Positions 1-10,162 are shown, counted from the stretch's first letter. The stretch: 64,000 nucleotides of DNA from Spirochaetia bacterium (GCA_963677925.2 CAXXYH010000003.1:1664001-1728000), one strand, 5' to 3'. Program-made: numbers and translations. The notes: generated by a model from the sequence alone, not told the origin.

Positions 1-65
1 ATCTAGCAGATATCCATGATAGAATAAGCAGCAAAGAGCTTGCTATATTAAAAATCGAACCTTAG
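1..65 (+). CDS. 3' end of an upstream gene (partial; possibly DUF4037 family, the usual neighbour of DUF4125)
   Basis: Open frame from position 3 (LADIHDRISSKELAILKIEP) to TAG at 63-65, directly followed by the GAGGA RBS of the next gene. Family guess is from context only. Confidence 0.4.
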   Translation, partial: LADIHDRISSKELAILKIEP

Positions 66-75
66 AGGAACTTAT

Positions 76-696
76 ATGAATGCTGGATTAATAGAGAAAA
101 TAATCGATATTGAGTTTGAGATGTTTACAGCTGTGAATAACCAGGGAGGAAAAGCAACCTGTCAGGACGACAGAAAAACCTTTGAAATAATGAGGATCAG
201 CCAGTTTGAGATCTACAATGATGAAATTCTGCAGAGCTGGCTTGAAGATCTCAGAAGAGCAGAGGCTGCCAAAAGAAACCTGATGACAGAGAAATACGCC
301 AGAATGATGGAATATACCTTCCCGGCGGAATATGAGCAGATAAAGGACAGCCTTCCTGAAGTTTCTGATCCTGCAAAACAGGCAGTTGAAGAAATTGCAG
401 CAATTTACCTGCAATGGGATACTGAGCTTGAAGCTGAATATCCTGCCATAACATCAAGGGGAAGAGGAAGCCAGGACACAGAATATGTAACATCAAAGCA
501 GACATATCTGAAAGGCGAGCTTTCAACCTACTCTGAGAGAACACTTTATCTGATTCTTAAATGGCTCCGTGATCATGAAAAGAAAAATGAAAACCTAGCC
601 GCAAAGCTTCTTCTCAATACCGTTAACATGTATGGCTATGAAAACCTTAAGGATGCCGAAGCCGCAATCAAGGCGGGCAAAGAGCAACAAACGTAA
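76..696 (+). CDS. DUF4125 family protein
   Basis: EFEMFTAVNNQGGKATCQDD..TFEIMRISQF, RNLMTEKYARMM and TYLKGELSTYSERTL match the DUF4125 pattern; GAGGA RBS. Confidence 0.8.
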   Translation: MNAGLIEKIIDIEFEMFTAVNNQGGKATCQDDRKTFEIMRISQFEIYNDEILQSWLEDLRRAEAAKRNLMTEKYARMMEYTFPAEYEQIKDSLPEVSDPAKQAVEEIAAIYLQWDTELEAEYPAITSRGRGSQDTEYVTSKQTYLKGELSTYSERTLYLILKWLRDHEKKNENLAAKLLLNTVNMYGYENLKDAEAAIKAGKEQQT

Positions 697-784
697 AAAG
701 TTAATACATTTACTTTTTTCAGTTGCAAGATGTCACCTCTATTATTACTATTAATATAAGTTTTTATTAATAAAGGAGAATCCA

Positions 785-1333
785 ATGAGTATCAAAAAAG
801 AAATGCAGGATGCTATCAATGATCAGATAAATGCGGAGATGTTCTCAGCAAACCTTTACCTTTCCATGGCAACATGGTTTGACAGCGAAGACCTTCCCGG
901 TTTTTCCAACTGGATGAGATGCCAGTATATGGAAGAAACAATGCATGCAATGAAATTCTACAACTTTGTAGACGAACGCGGCGGAAAAGGAGAAATAAAG
1001 GCTCTGGAAGCACCTGACACAACATGGAATTCATATGTTGAAGCATTTGAAGCTGTTGTGAAGCATGAAGAATACATAAGCGACCGGATCAATAAACTGG
1101 TTACACTTTCCAGAAAGATTGAAGATTATGCAACAGAGAATTTCCTGATGTGGTATGTTACTGAACAGGTTGAAGAAGAAGATACAGCAAACCAGATTCT
1201 GGTTAAACTTAAAAGGCTCAAGGATGATTCAAACGGTCTTTTAAGATACGACACCGAAATGGGCGCACGTACACTTAATGCACAGGCAGTACCGACAATA
1301 CTTAATCAGGCAGCAGACACAGCTGCAGGCTGA
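785..1333 (+). CDS. ftnA: non-heme ferritin
   Basis: INDQINAEMFSANLYLSM, EETMHAMK and WYVTEQVEEE ferroxidase motifs; AAGGAG RBS. Confidence 0.93.
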   Translation: MSIKKEMQDAINDQINAEMFSANLYLSMATWFDSEDLPGFSNWMRCQYMEETMHAMKFYNFVDERGGKGEIKALEAPDTTWNSYVEAFEAVVKHEEYISDRINKLVTLSRKIEDYATENFLMWYVTEQVEEEDTANQILVKLKRLKDDSNGLLRYDTEMGARTLNAQAVPTILNQAADTAAG

Positions 1334-1365
1334 TCAATCGATCTGATAATAAAAAAGCATGTTTG

Positions 1366-1404
1366 CGGCTGACCGGGTTCAATATCCTGTCAGCCGTTTT
1401 TTTT
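1366..1404 (+). terminator. intrinsic terminator after ferritin
   Basis: CGGCTGAC (1366-1373) pairs with GTCAGCCG (1389-1396), followed by T8. Confidence 0.8.
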
Positions 1405-1873
1405 ATATACGCATCAGGAGCCTCGCGGTTGACCACATACACATCAGAATCCAGAAAATAACAAATGACCAGGGCCCGTAGACAGAGAAAGCAAGACTGC
1501 CCTTGTAAAGTTTATCTTTTGAGGGATCATCTCCTGCGCCGGGTATATAATCACGGCCGATTGCAAGATCGGACATATCCGGATTATTCTGAAGAAGCTT
1601 TCTCTGCTTTACCAGCCATTTATCTATTGTTTTATGAGCGGCGTTCAGGGGCTGTATCAGTACAACCGATGTAAAAATACCCAGCGCCGCAACAATATAG
1701 ACATAAACAGCTACGCTTGCATAGACTGCAGCAGTCTGAAGCAGAGCAAAGGGAACAACAAGAAAGGACTGGCAGGTAACAAGGATGGTGGATCTCATTG
1801 CAATAAGATTAAACTCGGTCCTTATTTCTTCCTTGTAATACTGAAGTTTCTGAAAATTGGATATTTCATTCAT
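1403..1873 (-). CDS. small 3-TM membrane protein (RipA-like/SLATT-like pattern)
   Basis: 156 aa; E..L...RS..L...QS.L helix, two N-terminal hydrophobic segments, C-terminal PWSFVIFW segment. Promoter TTTACC-17-TAAACT lies 6 nt before the ATG. Confidence 0.6.
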   Translation of the reverse strand: MNEISNFQKLQYYKEEIRTEFNLIAMRSTILVTCQSFLVVPFALLQTAAVYASVAVYVYIVAALGIFTSVVLIQPLNAAHKTIDKWLVKQRKLLQNNPDMSDLAIGRDYIPGAGDDPSKDKLYKGSLAFSVYGPWSFVIFWILMCMWSTARLLMRI

Positions 1874-1970
1874 GATCGGAGTTTATATCAGCCAGATGAT
1901 TAGGTAAAGAGAATTAAACTTCAGCTTTTACATGAAGTTTTAAAAATGATACTATCAGATACGTTAACTT

Positions 1971-3818
1971 ATGGATGAAGAACTTATTTCCGCCGGAAAA
2001 ACAGCTGAAATACTCGGGATTACAAAAGCCAGTATAAAAAACTGGGAAAGACATGGTCTTCTGGTTAGTTTAAATGGAAAGTTCGCGGCGGCTGATGTGA
2101 ATACTCTTCTTGAGAATATCAGAAAAGGAAACATCAGCAGGCTCAACAGCAGGGCTAATAAAAAACAGGCTTCCGGAACTATGAATTCCTCAGGACATCT
2201 TCTGCAGAAAACTGACGCAGCTGCACTGAAGGCTTTTTTAAAGAAGTGCCCCCCTGATGAGACAGATCTTAACACAGTTATTTTTACTTCAGTACTGCAA
2301 CAGCTTCAAAAAGCCGGTCTTATTATTAAAGCTGCAGACGGAAAGATTCAGGCCTTGAGTGAGGCGGATTTCAGATACCCTGCTGTAAAGACATTCATAT
2401 CAGCCTGGCATGCTGAAACAGCCCTGGGCACAATCCCTCACCCCCTCTACCTTCAGCAAATCCCGGAACTGCAGATAGAAGACCCGGCAGGCTGTATCTA
2501 TCAGGCACTGCTGCAGCGTGGGGAAAAGGCTGTAAAAGGCTCATTCTATACTCCCGAAATCACTGCAAAAGAAATGACATCCTCGGCAATTTCGGGGATC
2601 AGGGCCGCCGGAGGTAATCCGGCAGAGAAGCTTCTGTTTCTGGACCCATGCTGCGGTTCCGGACAGTTTCTGCTGTCGTTTGCAGATGCTGGAGCATCAC
2701 CTGAAAATATAATCGGATTTGATTCAGACCCGATTGCCGTCAGGATAGCAACAGCCAATTTGATGACAAGATTTCCTGAAATTGAGTTCTCTCCCAGGAT
2801 TATCTGTACTGATGCTCTTGATATGACACCTGAAAAAATGCATGAGCTTATCGGCAGCAAACCGGATGTTATAGTAACAAACCCGCCCTGGGGCGCCGAG
2901 CTTAAACAGAACAAAGGCGAAGACAGTTTTTCGAGTTTCCTTAAATTAGGCTGCCGCCTTACAGGTGAGGGAGGCATGGTCTCAATGCTGCTGCCCGAAT
3001 CTGTTACCAATATAAAAAAACATAAAACTGCCAGAAAAGAAATACTTGAGAATGCAGAAATAACCTCAATAATACATCACGGCCGGATATTTAAAAATGT
3101 GTTCACCCCGGTCGTGAGCCTTGAATTCAGAAAAAAAACAGATCCGGAAAGGAATGCTCAAAGCAGCAGATATATAGGGAACACAGATTATATCTTTGAC
3201 TTCTATCTGAAATCAGAAGACTCAGAAATAATCGAAAAGATTGAGAAAATGGCTCCAGCGGCTCTTACCGGAAATGCGGAATGGGCTCTTGGTATTGTTA
3301 CCGGTGATAATCGAAAGTATCTTCGAAGCAGAAAAACAGATAGGACAGAACCGGTAATAACAGGCTCTGATATTTATCCCGGATTTTTAAAACCAGCTTC
3401 CAAATTTATAGTTTTTGAAAAGGACAGGCTTCAGCAGGCCGCCTCAGAAGAGCTCTACAGGAAGCCGGAAAAAATTGTTTACCGCTTCATTTCAAAAAAA
3501 CTAATCTGTGCAGTTGATACAGGCGGCAGCCTGACACTTAACAGTGCAAATATTATCATCCCGAATGAGTCTTTTATCAACTGCAGATTACTGGCTGAAT
3601 TATTTAATACAGACCTGTATAATTTCATCTATCAGAAGCGTTTTAATGCCCTGAAAGTCCTTCGTAAAAACCTGGAAGAATTGCCGTTACCGGAAACGGA
3701 AGCTATTGAACAGGTCAGGAAACTTCAGGCTATGCCTGGTAATATTGAATATTTACTTTATAATTATTTCGGTATTTCTGAGAAAGAAGCCGCATATATC
3801 CGTTCAGAAATCAGATAA
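1971..3818 (+). CDS. orphan N6-adenine DNA methyltransferase (gamma/TaqI-like) with N-terminal MerR-type HTH
   Basis: GSFYTP (motif X), FLDPCCGSGQFL (motif I), NPPW (motif IV), GIVTGDN and KIVYRFIS TaqI_C-like TRD; N-terminus TAEILGITKASIKNWERHG is HTH-like. Confidence 0.88.
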   Translation: MDEELISAGKTAEILGITKASIKNWERHGLLVSLNGKFAAADVNTLLENIRKGNISRLNSRANKKQASGTMNSSGHLLQKTDAAALKAFLKKCPPDETDLNTVIFTSVLQQLQKAGLIIKAADGKIQALSEADFRYPAVKTFISAWHAETALGTIPHPLYLQQIPELQIEDPAGCIYQALLQRGEKAVKGSFYTPEITAKEMTSSAISGIRAAGGNPAEKLLFLDPCCGSGQFLLSFADAGASPENIIGFDSDPIAVRIATANLMTRFPEIEFSPRIICTDALDMTPEKMHELIGSKPDVIVTNPPWGAELKQNKGEDSFSSFLKLGCRLTGEGGMVSMLLPESVTNIKKHKTARKEILENAEITSIIHHGRIFKNVFTPVVSLEFRKKTDPERNAQSSRYIGNTDYIFDFYLKSEDSEIIEKIEKMAPAALTGNAEWALGIVTGDNRKYLRSRKTDRTEPVITGSDIYPGFLKPASKFIVFEKDRLQQAASEELYRKPEKIVYRFISKKLICAVDTGGSLTLNSANIIIPNESFINCRLLAELFNTDLYNFIYQKRFNALKVLRKNLEELPLPETEAIEQVRKLQAMPGNIEYLLYNYFGISEKEAAYIRSEIR

Positions 3819-3843
3819 GACTATTAGTGCAGGAGGTTTGTTT

Positions 3844-4881
3844 TTGCCCAAGGAATCATCTCATATTTATCTTAACTTCAGACTGAGAGAATATCTGAAA
3901 TCGCGTAAGGAACTTAAACAGCTCTCGAAACTTATTGAATCGAGCCCGAATCTTTTTATGACCGGAGCAATGGCTCCTGATTCCGTGTTCAATTACATGC
4001 ATGGTGCCGAAAAGAAAACAGTTAAAAGCATTGAAGGCTGGGCTCATGGAGAATCAGGTGAAGACCTGTTCGGATATTTCCGCAGATTTCAAAAACTTGG
4101 TATCCCGACAGCATACGGTCTGCCCTTCGGTCTGGGCGTGCTATGCCACCTCTGTGCGGATATGGCCTTTCATCCCTTTGTTTTTTATTTCTGCGGTGAA
4201 GATCTGCCTGGTTCGAAAGAGGCTACCTACAGGCACCTGGCGCTGGAGACTGAAATAGACATCCATCTAAGATGGTTTTATCCTGAACTCATCCCCGTTC
4301 ACATGCAGGATTTTTATTCACAAATTGAGTGTACGCGCGAAACATTTGCACAGATGCTGAAATCAGTCCATTTATCGGATGAAAATATTGATATTCTTGA
4401 TGCTTCAGTATTTTCATCGATGTACAGGCAGCACTGTTCTCATGACATGCTTTACGGGAAGAAGGCTGCGGATCTCTTCGCTAATTTCCTTACAATGCTG
4501 ACACTTGGAAAAAGAAAAGAACCTGCTCTGCTTTTTTATACCGATCGAAGACTTCCGCCTGCGGAGGGTATGAAAGACGCTTTTGAGAATGAACTCATCA
4601 TTTATAAAAACCCGGTCACAGGAGAGGCACTTGAGACAAGCTTTAATCAGATGGTTGATAAGTTTTTCAGCTTATTTCATGAATATACTCAGCCGCTGGG
4701 AAACCTTCTTGAAGGCAGCCGTCCGGACTGGGACGATATCCTCCCGGAAGTAAACCTGTTGCTAGCCAGGAGCCCTCACAGCGGACGTCCAATGGCTGAC
4801 GGAAAAGAGCCTGAGATGTCGTACTTTGAAATAAAAACTTTCAATGAAATCTGGGGAGCCTTGCCCGTATCAGCCCGCTGA
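3844..4881 (+). CDS. zinc-dependent phospholipase C / P1-nuclease-fold protein
   Basis: GGAGG RBS then TTG at 3844 gives MPKESSH; GAMAPD, WAHG, HLCADMAFHPFV and HLALETEID metal-ligand pattern. Confidence 0.75.
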   Translation: MPKESSHIYLNFRLREYLKSRKELKQLSKLIESSPNLFMTGAMAPDSVFNYMHGAEKKTVKSIEGWAHGESGEDLFGYFRRFQKLGIPTAYGLPFGLGVLCHLCADMAFHPFVFYFCGEDLPGSKEATYRHLALETEIDIHLRWFYPELIPVHMQDFYSQIECTRETFAQMLKSVHLSDENIDILDASVFSSMYRQHCSHDMLYGKKAADLFANFLTMLTLGKRKEPALLFYTDRRLPPAEGMKDAFENELIIYKNPVTGEALETSFNQMVDKFFSLFHEYTQPLGNLLEGSRPDWDDILPEVNLLLARSPHSGRPMADGKEPEMSYFEIKTFNEIWGALPVSAR

Positions 4882-4882
4882 C

Positions 4883-5806
4883 TCAGATTAAAACTGCGAT
4901 CCACAGCGACATTGTAATAATTGAAAAAATAGTTGTCACCGATATTATTTCGCCGGCAAGCCTTGTATCAGCGCCGAATCCGTCTGCCATTGCAAAGGTT
5001 GAAACAGCAGTCGGATTACCTGCAAGCAGGACAAGAACAGCGGTCATCTCGTTCGAATAGTTCAAAAGCCTGCAGGCAGCAAATACCAATAATGGAAGCA
5101 GAACAAGCTTCATTAATGAACTTACACCCCATAAAACCCTTCCGTGTATAAGGCTTGAAAGCTGAAGAGATCCTCCTACACAGAGCAGTGCAAGCGGCAG
5201 AGTCATTCTGGAAAGGTAATTAAGTGACGAATCTATCACCGAATGTACAGGAATTTTTATCAGTGAAAACAATAAGCCTGCTGCAAGACTCAGAAACAGC
5301 GGATTTTTTATCAGTTTAATAATTACATTCAGTAAAACCTGATGCGGTTTCTGTTCTGAGTGATCCCCTAGAACAATAATACACAGGATATTATAGACAG
5401 GCATTGTAAATGCGATAACAACAATAGCTACGGCAACTCCGGAATCAGACAGCAAATTCTGTACAACCGCAAGACCGACAATCGCAACATTGCTTCGGAA
5501 GGAACCCTGAAGTGCACTGGCCCGCATTGGATGCTCGTATTTACGGAGAATAATCCATGTCACAAAAACTGTGATTATGGTTGCAGCAAGGAAGACACCT
5601 ATGCCTCCGAACAGTTCAGACGGTACTGATTCAATAGAGCGCATCTTCTGAAACAGGGTCGCAGGCAGCGCAAAGGTAAAAATGATCTTGTTGGATTTTT
5701 TTATAAAATCATCATTCAGGAAATTGAAACGCCGAAGAATTATCCCGAAAATTATCAGGATAAAAATCGGCACAACGCTGAAAACAGATGACAGAATATT
5801 GCTCAT
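4883..5806 (-). CDS. AEC (auxin efflux carrier) family transporter
   Basis: FTFALPATLF, FRSNVAIVG, KNPLF, LPLAL and PTAVS motifs; about 10 TM segments. Confidence 0.88.
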   Translation of the reverse strand: MSNILSSVFSVVPIFILIIFGIILRRFNFLNDDFIKKSNKIIFTFALPATLFQKMRSIESVPSELFGGIGVFLAATIITVFVTWIILRKYEHPMRASALQGSFRSNVAIVGLAVVQNLLSDSGVAVAIVVIAFTMPVYNILCIIVLGDHSEQKPHQVLLNVIIKLIKNPLFLSLAAGLLFSLIKIPVHSVIDSSLNYLSRMTLPLALLCVGGSLQLSSLIHGRVLWGVSSLMKLVLLPLLVFAACRLLNYSNEMTAVLVLLAGNPTAVSTFAMADGFGADTRLAGEIISVTTIFSIITMSLWIAVLI

Positions 5807-6067
5807 TGCCTGCCTCACATATATCTTCTTGTTTAGCAGTTTATAATATTTTCAGTAGGATTACTATAAAATATATCGTTCATTTATGTATCCAATATTA
5901 TTTATACATATGTTATCATTTCAATTATCAGGTTTCGAATATTAGCATTACCGTTTATTATTGGTTAAAAATTGTAATTTTTAAATCCACAGAACCTGAA
6001 CTTGCTGAAGACAGCACAAGAATTTCTATAATTTTTTTTGATTTTCAGAATTCTTTTTATTGGCAAC

Positions 6068-6592
6068 TTACTTCAGATAATAAGCATCATAAATCACTCC
6101 AGGCCCACCCTGAAATTTCGACATAACTATTCCGAATGCAACAACAGAATTAAGCCATTCATATTTCTTTGAAGCTGTTTCAAAAAAGAGATGTTGTCTG
6201 AAATAATATGATGCCGGATCAATTCTTTCACCAGAATCTCGCGCGGCAAGAACTTCAGAGGACCGATGACTTAAACCTATTGTTGAGAGGCTTATCATTT
6301 CACCACTATCGGTTTGAAGCACATAGCGGGTGTCTACCTTGCGCTTACCCTGATCACTAATCATTGAGCTATTCCAATCCGCCCCTAGAGGCAATACTGT
6401 ACCTCTAAGCTTAGGGCCCTCAAACCGGCCTCCGGTAATTGGGATAACCCTCTTTATAGTAAATCCAACTGGACCAATCTCAATTGGAGGATCGCAATGC
6501 ACTACAATCCGATACAAAAATTCCGCAGCAAGGGGCACAGGCAGATAGCCGCCGCCAAGATTCTTCAGCTCAGTATCAAATTGAGTTCTCAT
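6068..6592 (-). CDS. DUF3237 domain protein
   Basis: RVIPITGGRFEGPKLRGTVLPLGADW, DTRYVLQTDSG and FETASKKYEWLN. Confidence 0.88.
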   Translation of the reverse strand: MRTQFDTELKNLGGGYLPVPLAAEFLYRIVVHCDPPIEIGPVGFTIKRVIPITGGRFEGPKLRGTVLPLGADWNSSMISDQGKRKVDTRYVLQTDSGEMISLSTIGLSHRSSEVLAARDSGERIDPASYYFRQHLFFETASKKYEWLNSVVAFGIVMSKFQGGPGVIYDAYYLK

Positions 6593-7461
6593 ATTTCCGC
6601 CTCCCGCTCAAGAAGTTCACCAAAACGCAACTTGTAATCTTCAAGATTCTTATCCCATGCAGAGTTATCAATAAACGGATTTAAACTGGAATTCTCTTCC
6701 ATCTTTTTACGCCTGTCGAGTACCCCATTTGGACGGGGATGGGTATCGAGTGTAATATCGATTTCTATCCCTTTTAGCTGCTCAATTGATTCAAGATACT
6801 GGTCCCTTGTCGAAAGATCTATTCCATACTTTAAAAGTCTTCCAATATGCAGAGGGAGGTTTCCATTTACTCCGCACAATCCAGCTTTAAGCGTTTTTAC
6901 GCTATCGGGTATCTCAAATAAAAAGGTTGTAGCGCCCGCTGAATGTCCGGGACTGTGTACACACTTTATATCAAACCCACCGAGTGACAATATTTCGCCA
7001 TCTGAGAACTCTACATCCGGCGAAAACATAGCTGCATCAGGACTGTATGATGATTGCAGCTCGGTGTGGTGAGGGAACACCCTCATCGTATGGGCAGCCT
7101 TAGCATGAATAAATGTCTTGCACCCATACCTCCGCTGCAGAAAATAAGTACTTCCAAAATGATCAAGATGCTCATGAGTGTGAATTATATATTTCAACTG
7201 TTCAGGTTTAAAACCCAGACACTCTATTCTTTTACACAGAAGATCTGCAGTATGGGCAAACCCGGTATCAAAAAGGATCAAGCCCTCATTTGTATTGAGA
7301 AGGTGACAGCTAACAACCTTGTCCCCCACCCAATACAGCTCTCCAAAAATACGAAATGGCTCGATCCACATACTCATTGGATCCTTAACATATGAAATAG
7401 TTCGTTTATCCAACCCGAGTTCTATTTCGTCCCAGGCTGCTATTGCTTTAAATTTGTCCAT
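6589..7461 (-). CDS. metallo-beta-lactamase fold hydrolase (subclass B3-like), cytoplasmic
   Basis: EPFRIFGELYWVG, THEHLDH (HxHxDH), PGHSAG, THP; no signal peptide. Confidence 0.85.
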   Translation of the reverse strand: MDKFKAIAAWDEIELGLDKRTISYVKDPMSMWIEPFRIFGELYWVGDKVVSCHLLNTNEGLILFDTGFAHTADLLCKRIECLGFKPEQLKYIIHTHEHLDHFGSTYFLQRRYGCKTFIHAKAAHTMRVFPHHTELQSSYSPDAAMFSPDVEFSDGEILSLGGFDIKCVHSPGHSAGATTFLFEIPDSVKTLKAGLCGVNGNLPLHIGRLLKYGIDLSTRDQYLESIEQLKGIEIDITLDTHPRPNGVLDRRKKMEENSSLNPFIDNSAWDKNLEDYKLRFGELLEREAEI

Positions 7462-7469
7462 AAGTTTCT

Positions 7470-8618
7470 CTATATATCCTTAACCGAACCGTCAAAAGCT
7501 CTCTGTCCCCAGAAATCCTGACGTTCCGAACTTGGCGGAAAATGTGTTTCAATATCTGGAATAAGTTCAATACCAATCCCGGGAGTATCAGGAATCATAA
7601 GACACCCGTCCACAACTTCAAAAGGCTCTACCATCATTTCATTCTCACCGCTGCCCTCATAGAAAGAGGGAAACTCCTGTATACCGAAGTTTGGAATACA
7701 GGCATCAAGCTGCAGGCATGCCGCAGTTGAAACCGGGCCAAGAGGGTTATGCGGTACAATACCTGCATAATGCGCCTCTGCTATTGAAGCAATCTTTTTT
7801 GAAGCAGTTATACCGCCCACTACGCATAGATCGGGCCTAACATATTTCGCCCCGTCTTTGGCAAGCAGCAACTCAAACTCATGTATGTTAATAAAGCGCT
7901 CACCAGTTGCCAACGGAACAGAAGTCTTAAGTGCCATATCAGCCATTGCATTGCAGTTATCGGGCGGAATCGGGTCTTCAATAAACATTGGCCTGTAAGG
8001 TTCAACTCCTTGCGCAAATAAAGCGGCTTCCGCGGGACTCATACTACGGTGAACCTCAAGGCAGAGATCAAAATCATTTCCCACAGCCTCACGGCAAAGC
8101 CTGACTTTTTCTACCGCAATCTGGACCCGGTTAGAAAATATAGATGCGCTCATTTCGGACAGACCGTTTTTTACCCCATCAGTTATCATGAGTCTGGCTG
8201 CTGTAAACCCATTTTCCTTAAGCTTTTTACAGCCTTCAGCCATCCTTTCAGCTGTAAACTCAAAAACCGGAGCATAGGATCTTACACGATCACGGCACTT
8301 ACCACCAAGAAGCTCATATACCGGAACATCAAGAGCTTTCCCCTTTATATCCCAAAGGGCAATATCGATAGCAGATATAGCGCTCATTATTACAGCTCCC
8401 CTGAAATATGTACTTCGATACATTGCCTGCCAGTGATGTTCAACTGTAAGTGGATTTTTCCCTATCAGCTGTTTCCTGAACTTTTCGATAGCACCAATTG
8501 TAGCATCGGGAAAGCTCCAGGCTCCGGCTTCTCCAGTCCCACTGATTCCCGCGTCAGTCTCAATCTTAATAAAAAGATACCTGCTGGCTCTGATTATTTT
8601 TATGTCTGAAATTTTCAT
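7470..8618 (-). CDS. enolase-superfamily acid-sugar dehydratase (galactonate dehydratase-like)
   Basis: KIETDAGISGTGE, SAIDIALWDIKGK, FIEDP, ATGER, PHNPLGP, IQE. Confidence 0.88.
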   Translation of the reverse strand: MKISDIKIIRASRYLFIKIETDAGISGTGEAGAWSFPDATIGAIEKFRKQLIGKNPLTVEHHWQAMYRSTYFRGAVIMSAISAIDIALWDIKGKALDVPVYELLGGKCRDRVRSYAPVFEFTAERMAEGCKKLKENGFTAARLMITDGVKNGLSEMSASIFSNRVQIAVEKVRLCREAVGNDFDLCLEVHRSMSPAEAALFAQGVEPYRPMFIEDPIPPDNCNAMADMALKTSVPLATGERFINIHEFELLLAKDGAKYVRPDLCVVGGITASKKIASIAEAHYAGIVPHNPLGPVSTAACLQLDACIPNFGIQEFPSFYEGSGENEMMVEPFEVVDGCLMIPDTPGIGIELIPDIETHFPPSSERQDFWGQRAFDGSVKDI

Positions 8619-8639
8619 AGTATCTCTCCCGGCCATCTC

Positions 8640-10151
8640 TTATTCTCCTGTTTTATTTGCCGCTCTCGCCTGTTTTCTTGCCTGCAAGGTCGGTTTCAGA
8701 AAGGCATAAACAATACTCAGAATAGAAATAACGAGAAGAGCTGCTGAGATTGGCCTGGTAAAAAACACTAAAACCCCGGTTCGCGAATACTGGATCCCGC
8801 GTCGGAGGTATGTCTCCAACATCGGAGCCAGAATATATGCAAGGATAAGCGGAACTATCGGAAAATCACCCCAGGCCAGAAGAAAAGCTATCAGACCGCA
8901 AATTAAAAGAAGAATAATTGTAAAAATACTATTTGTATCTGAGTAGGCCCCTACAAAACAGATAAGCATGATAATCGGAAGCAGAAAATGAAACTTCACC
9001 TGAAGAAGTTTTGGAAAAAGCCTCATCCCGAAATACTGCACAAACATAGTCAGTACCGCAGCAAGAAGAAGCGCTCCAAACATTACATAGGAAAAATGAG
9101 GATTATTCTCCATGAGCAGTGGTCCTGGAGTAAGGCCTTGAATTGTGAGAGCACCGAGTAGCAGGGCAGTTGTCGAATCACCCGGAATTCCAAGAGACAT
9201 CATCGGGATTATCGCCCCGCCTATCGTAGCATTATTCGCAGTCTCTGTTGCGAATAATCCTTCAATCGTACCCTTTCCGTACTCTTCAGGGTGCTTCGAT
9301 GAATCTTTGGCTTTTGCATATGCAACCACCGCTGAAATACCGGAGCCCATCCCTGGAAGAAACCCGATTCCAAGACCGATAAAAAATGATCTTACCATGT
9401 TCCAAATATTGGAAGTAAATTCCCGAAGAGTGAATCCGAGTCCTCTTATCTTGCTGTCCTTTACCTTCGGTAATGTAACATCCCCCTTTCCAAAATCGAC
9501 AAGTATCTGTCTGACAGCAAAAAATCCTATCATGGTAGCTGCAAGTGGTACGCCGCCATAAAGCCGCATTGTACCAAAGTTGAATCTTACCGTACCGCAT
9601 ATCGGAGCTGAACCAACGCTGCCGATAAGAAAACCGATTGCAGCAGCCGCAAGCCCTTTGAGAACTTTACCGTCGGATAAGGACACAATCAGAGAAATAG
9701 CTAGCATACATAATCCAAAAAGTTCCCAGGGCCCGAGTTTTACAGCCAGCGATGCAATAAGAGGACTCAAAAACAGAGCTATCAGAACACTGAAAAAAGT
9801 TCCAATAAATGATGCAACGATTCCGATCCCCAAGGCCTTGACCGCCTCACCTTTTTTTGCCAAAGGCCAGGCTTCAAATGTGGTGGGAACTGCCGCAGGG
9901 GCACCGGGTATACCTATGAGGGTAGACGCAATAAAACCGCCGGAGATACCTCCAATATATATACTTACAAGCAGTGCAATTGCAGGTTCCGCCTGCATTG
10001 CAAAGGTGAATGGAAGCAAAATAACGATTGCAAGAGCCCCGGCAAGCCCGGGAATCGCTCCAAAAATAATGCCGATTATTACACCAGCCAGAATCAGTAA
10101 AAAAGTAGTCGGCGTAAATAAGGAGCCGGCAACATATAACAGATATTCCAT
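8640..10151 (-). CDS. tctA: tripartite tricarboxylate transporter large permease
   Basis: GAIPGL, IPGAP, ETANNA, SLGIPGD motifs; 503 aa polytopic membrane protein. Confidence 0.92.
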   Translation of the reverse strand: MEYLLYVAGSLFTPTTFLLILAGVIIGIIFGAIPGLAGALAIVILLPFTFAMQAEPAIALLVSIYIGGISGGFIASTLIGIPGAPAAVPTTFEAWPLAKKGEAVKALGIGIVASFIGTFFSVLIALFLSPLIASLAVKLGPWELFGLCMLAISLIVSLSDGKVLKGLAAAAIGFLIGSVGSAPICGTVRFNFGTMRLYGGVPLAATMIGFFAVRQILVDFGKGDVTLPKVKDSKIRGLGFTLREFTSNIWNMVRSFFIGLGIGFLPGMGSGISAVVAYAKAKDSSKHPEEYGKGTIEGLFATETANNATIGGAIIPMMSLGIPGDSTTALLLGALTIQGLTPGPLLMENNPHFSYVMFGALLLAAVLTMFVQYFGMRLFPKLLQVKFHFLLPIIMLICFVGAYSDTNSIFTIILLLICGLIAFLLAWGDFPIVPLILAYILAPMLETYLRRGIQYSRTGVLVFFTRPISAALLVISILSIVYAFLKPTLQARKQARAANKTGE

Positions 10152-10162
10152 TTATCCTCTCC

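Noticed and set aside
3706-3843. Upstream extension of the Zn-PLC-like ORF
   Set aside because: It overlaps the MTase by 113 bp. The GGAGG RBS and the MP..H family start support TTG at 3844.
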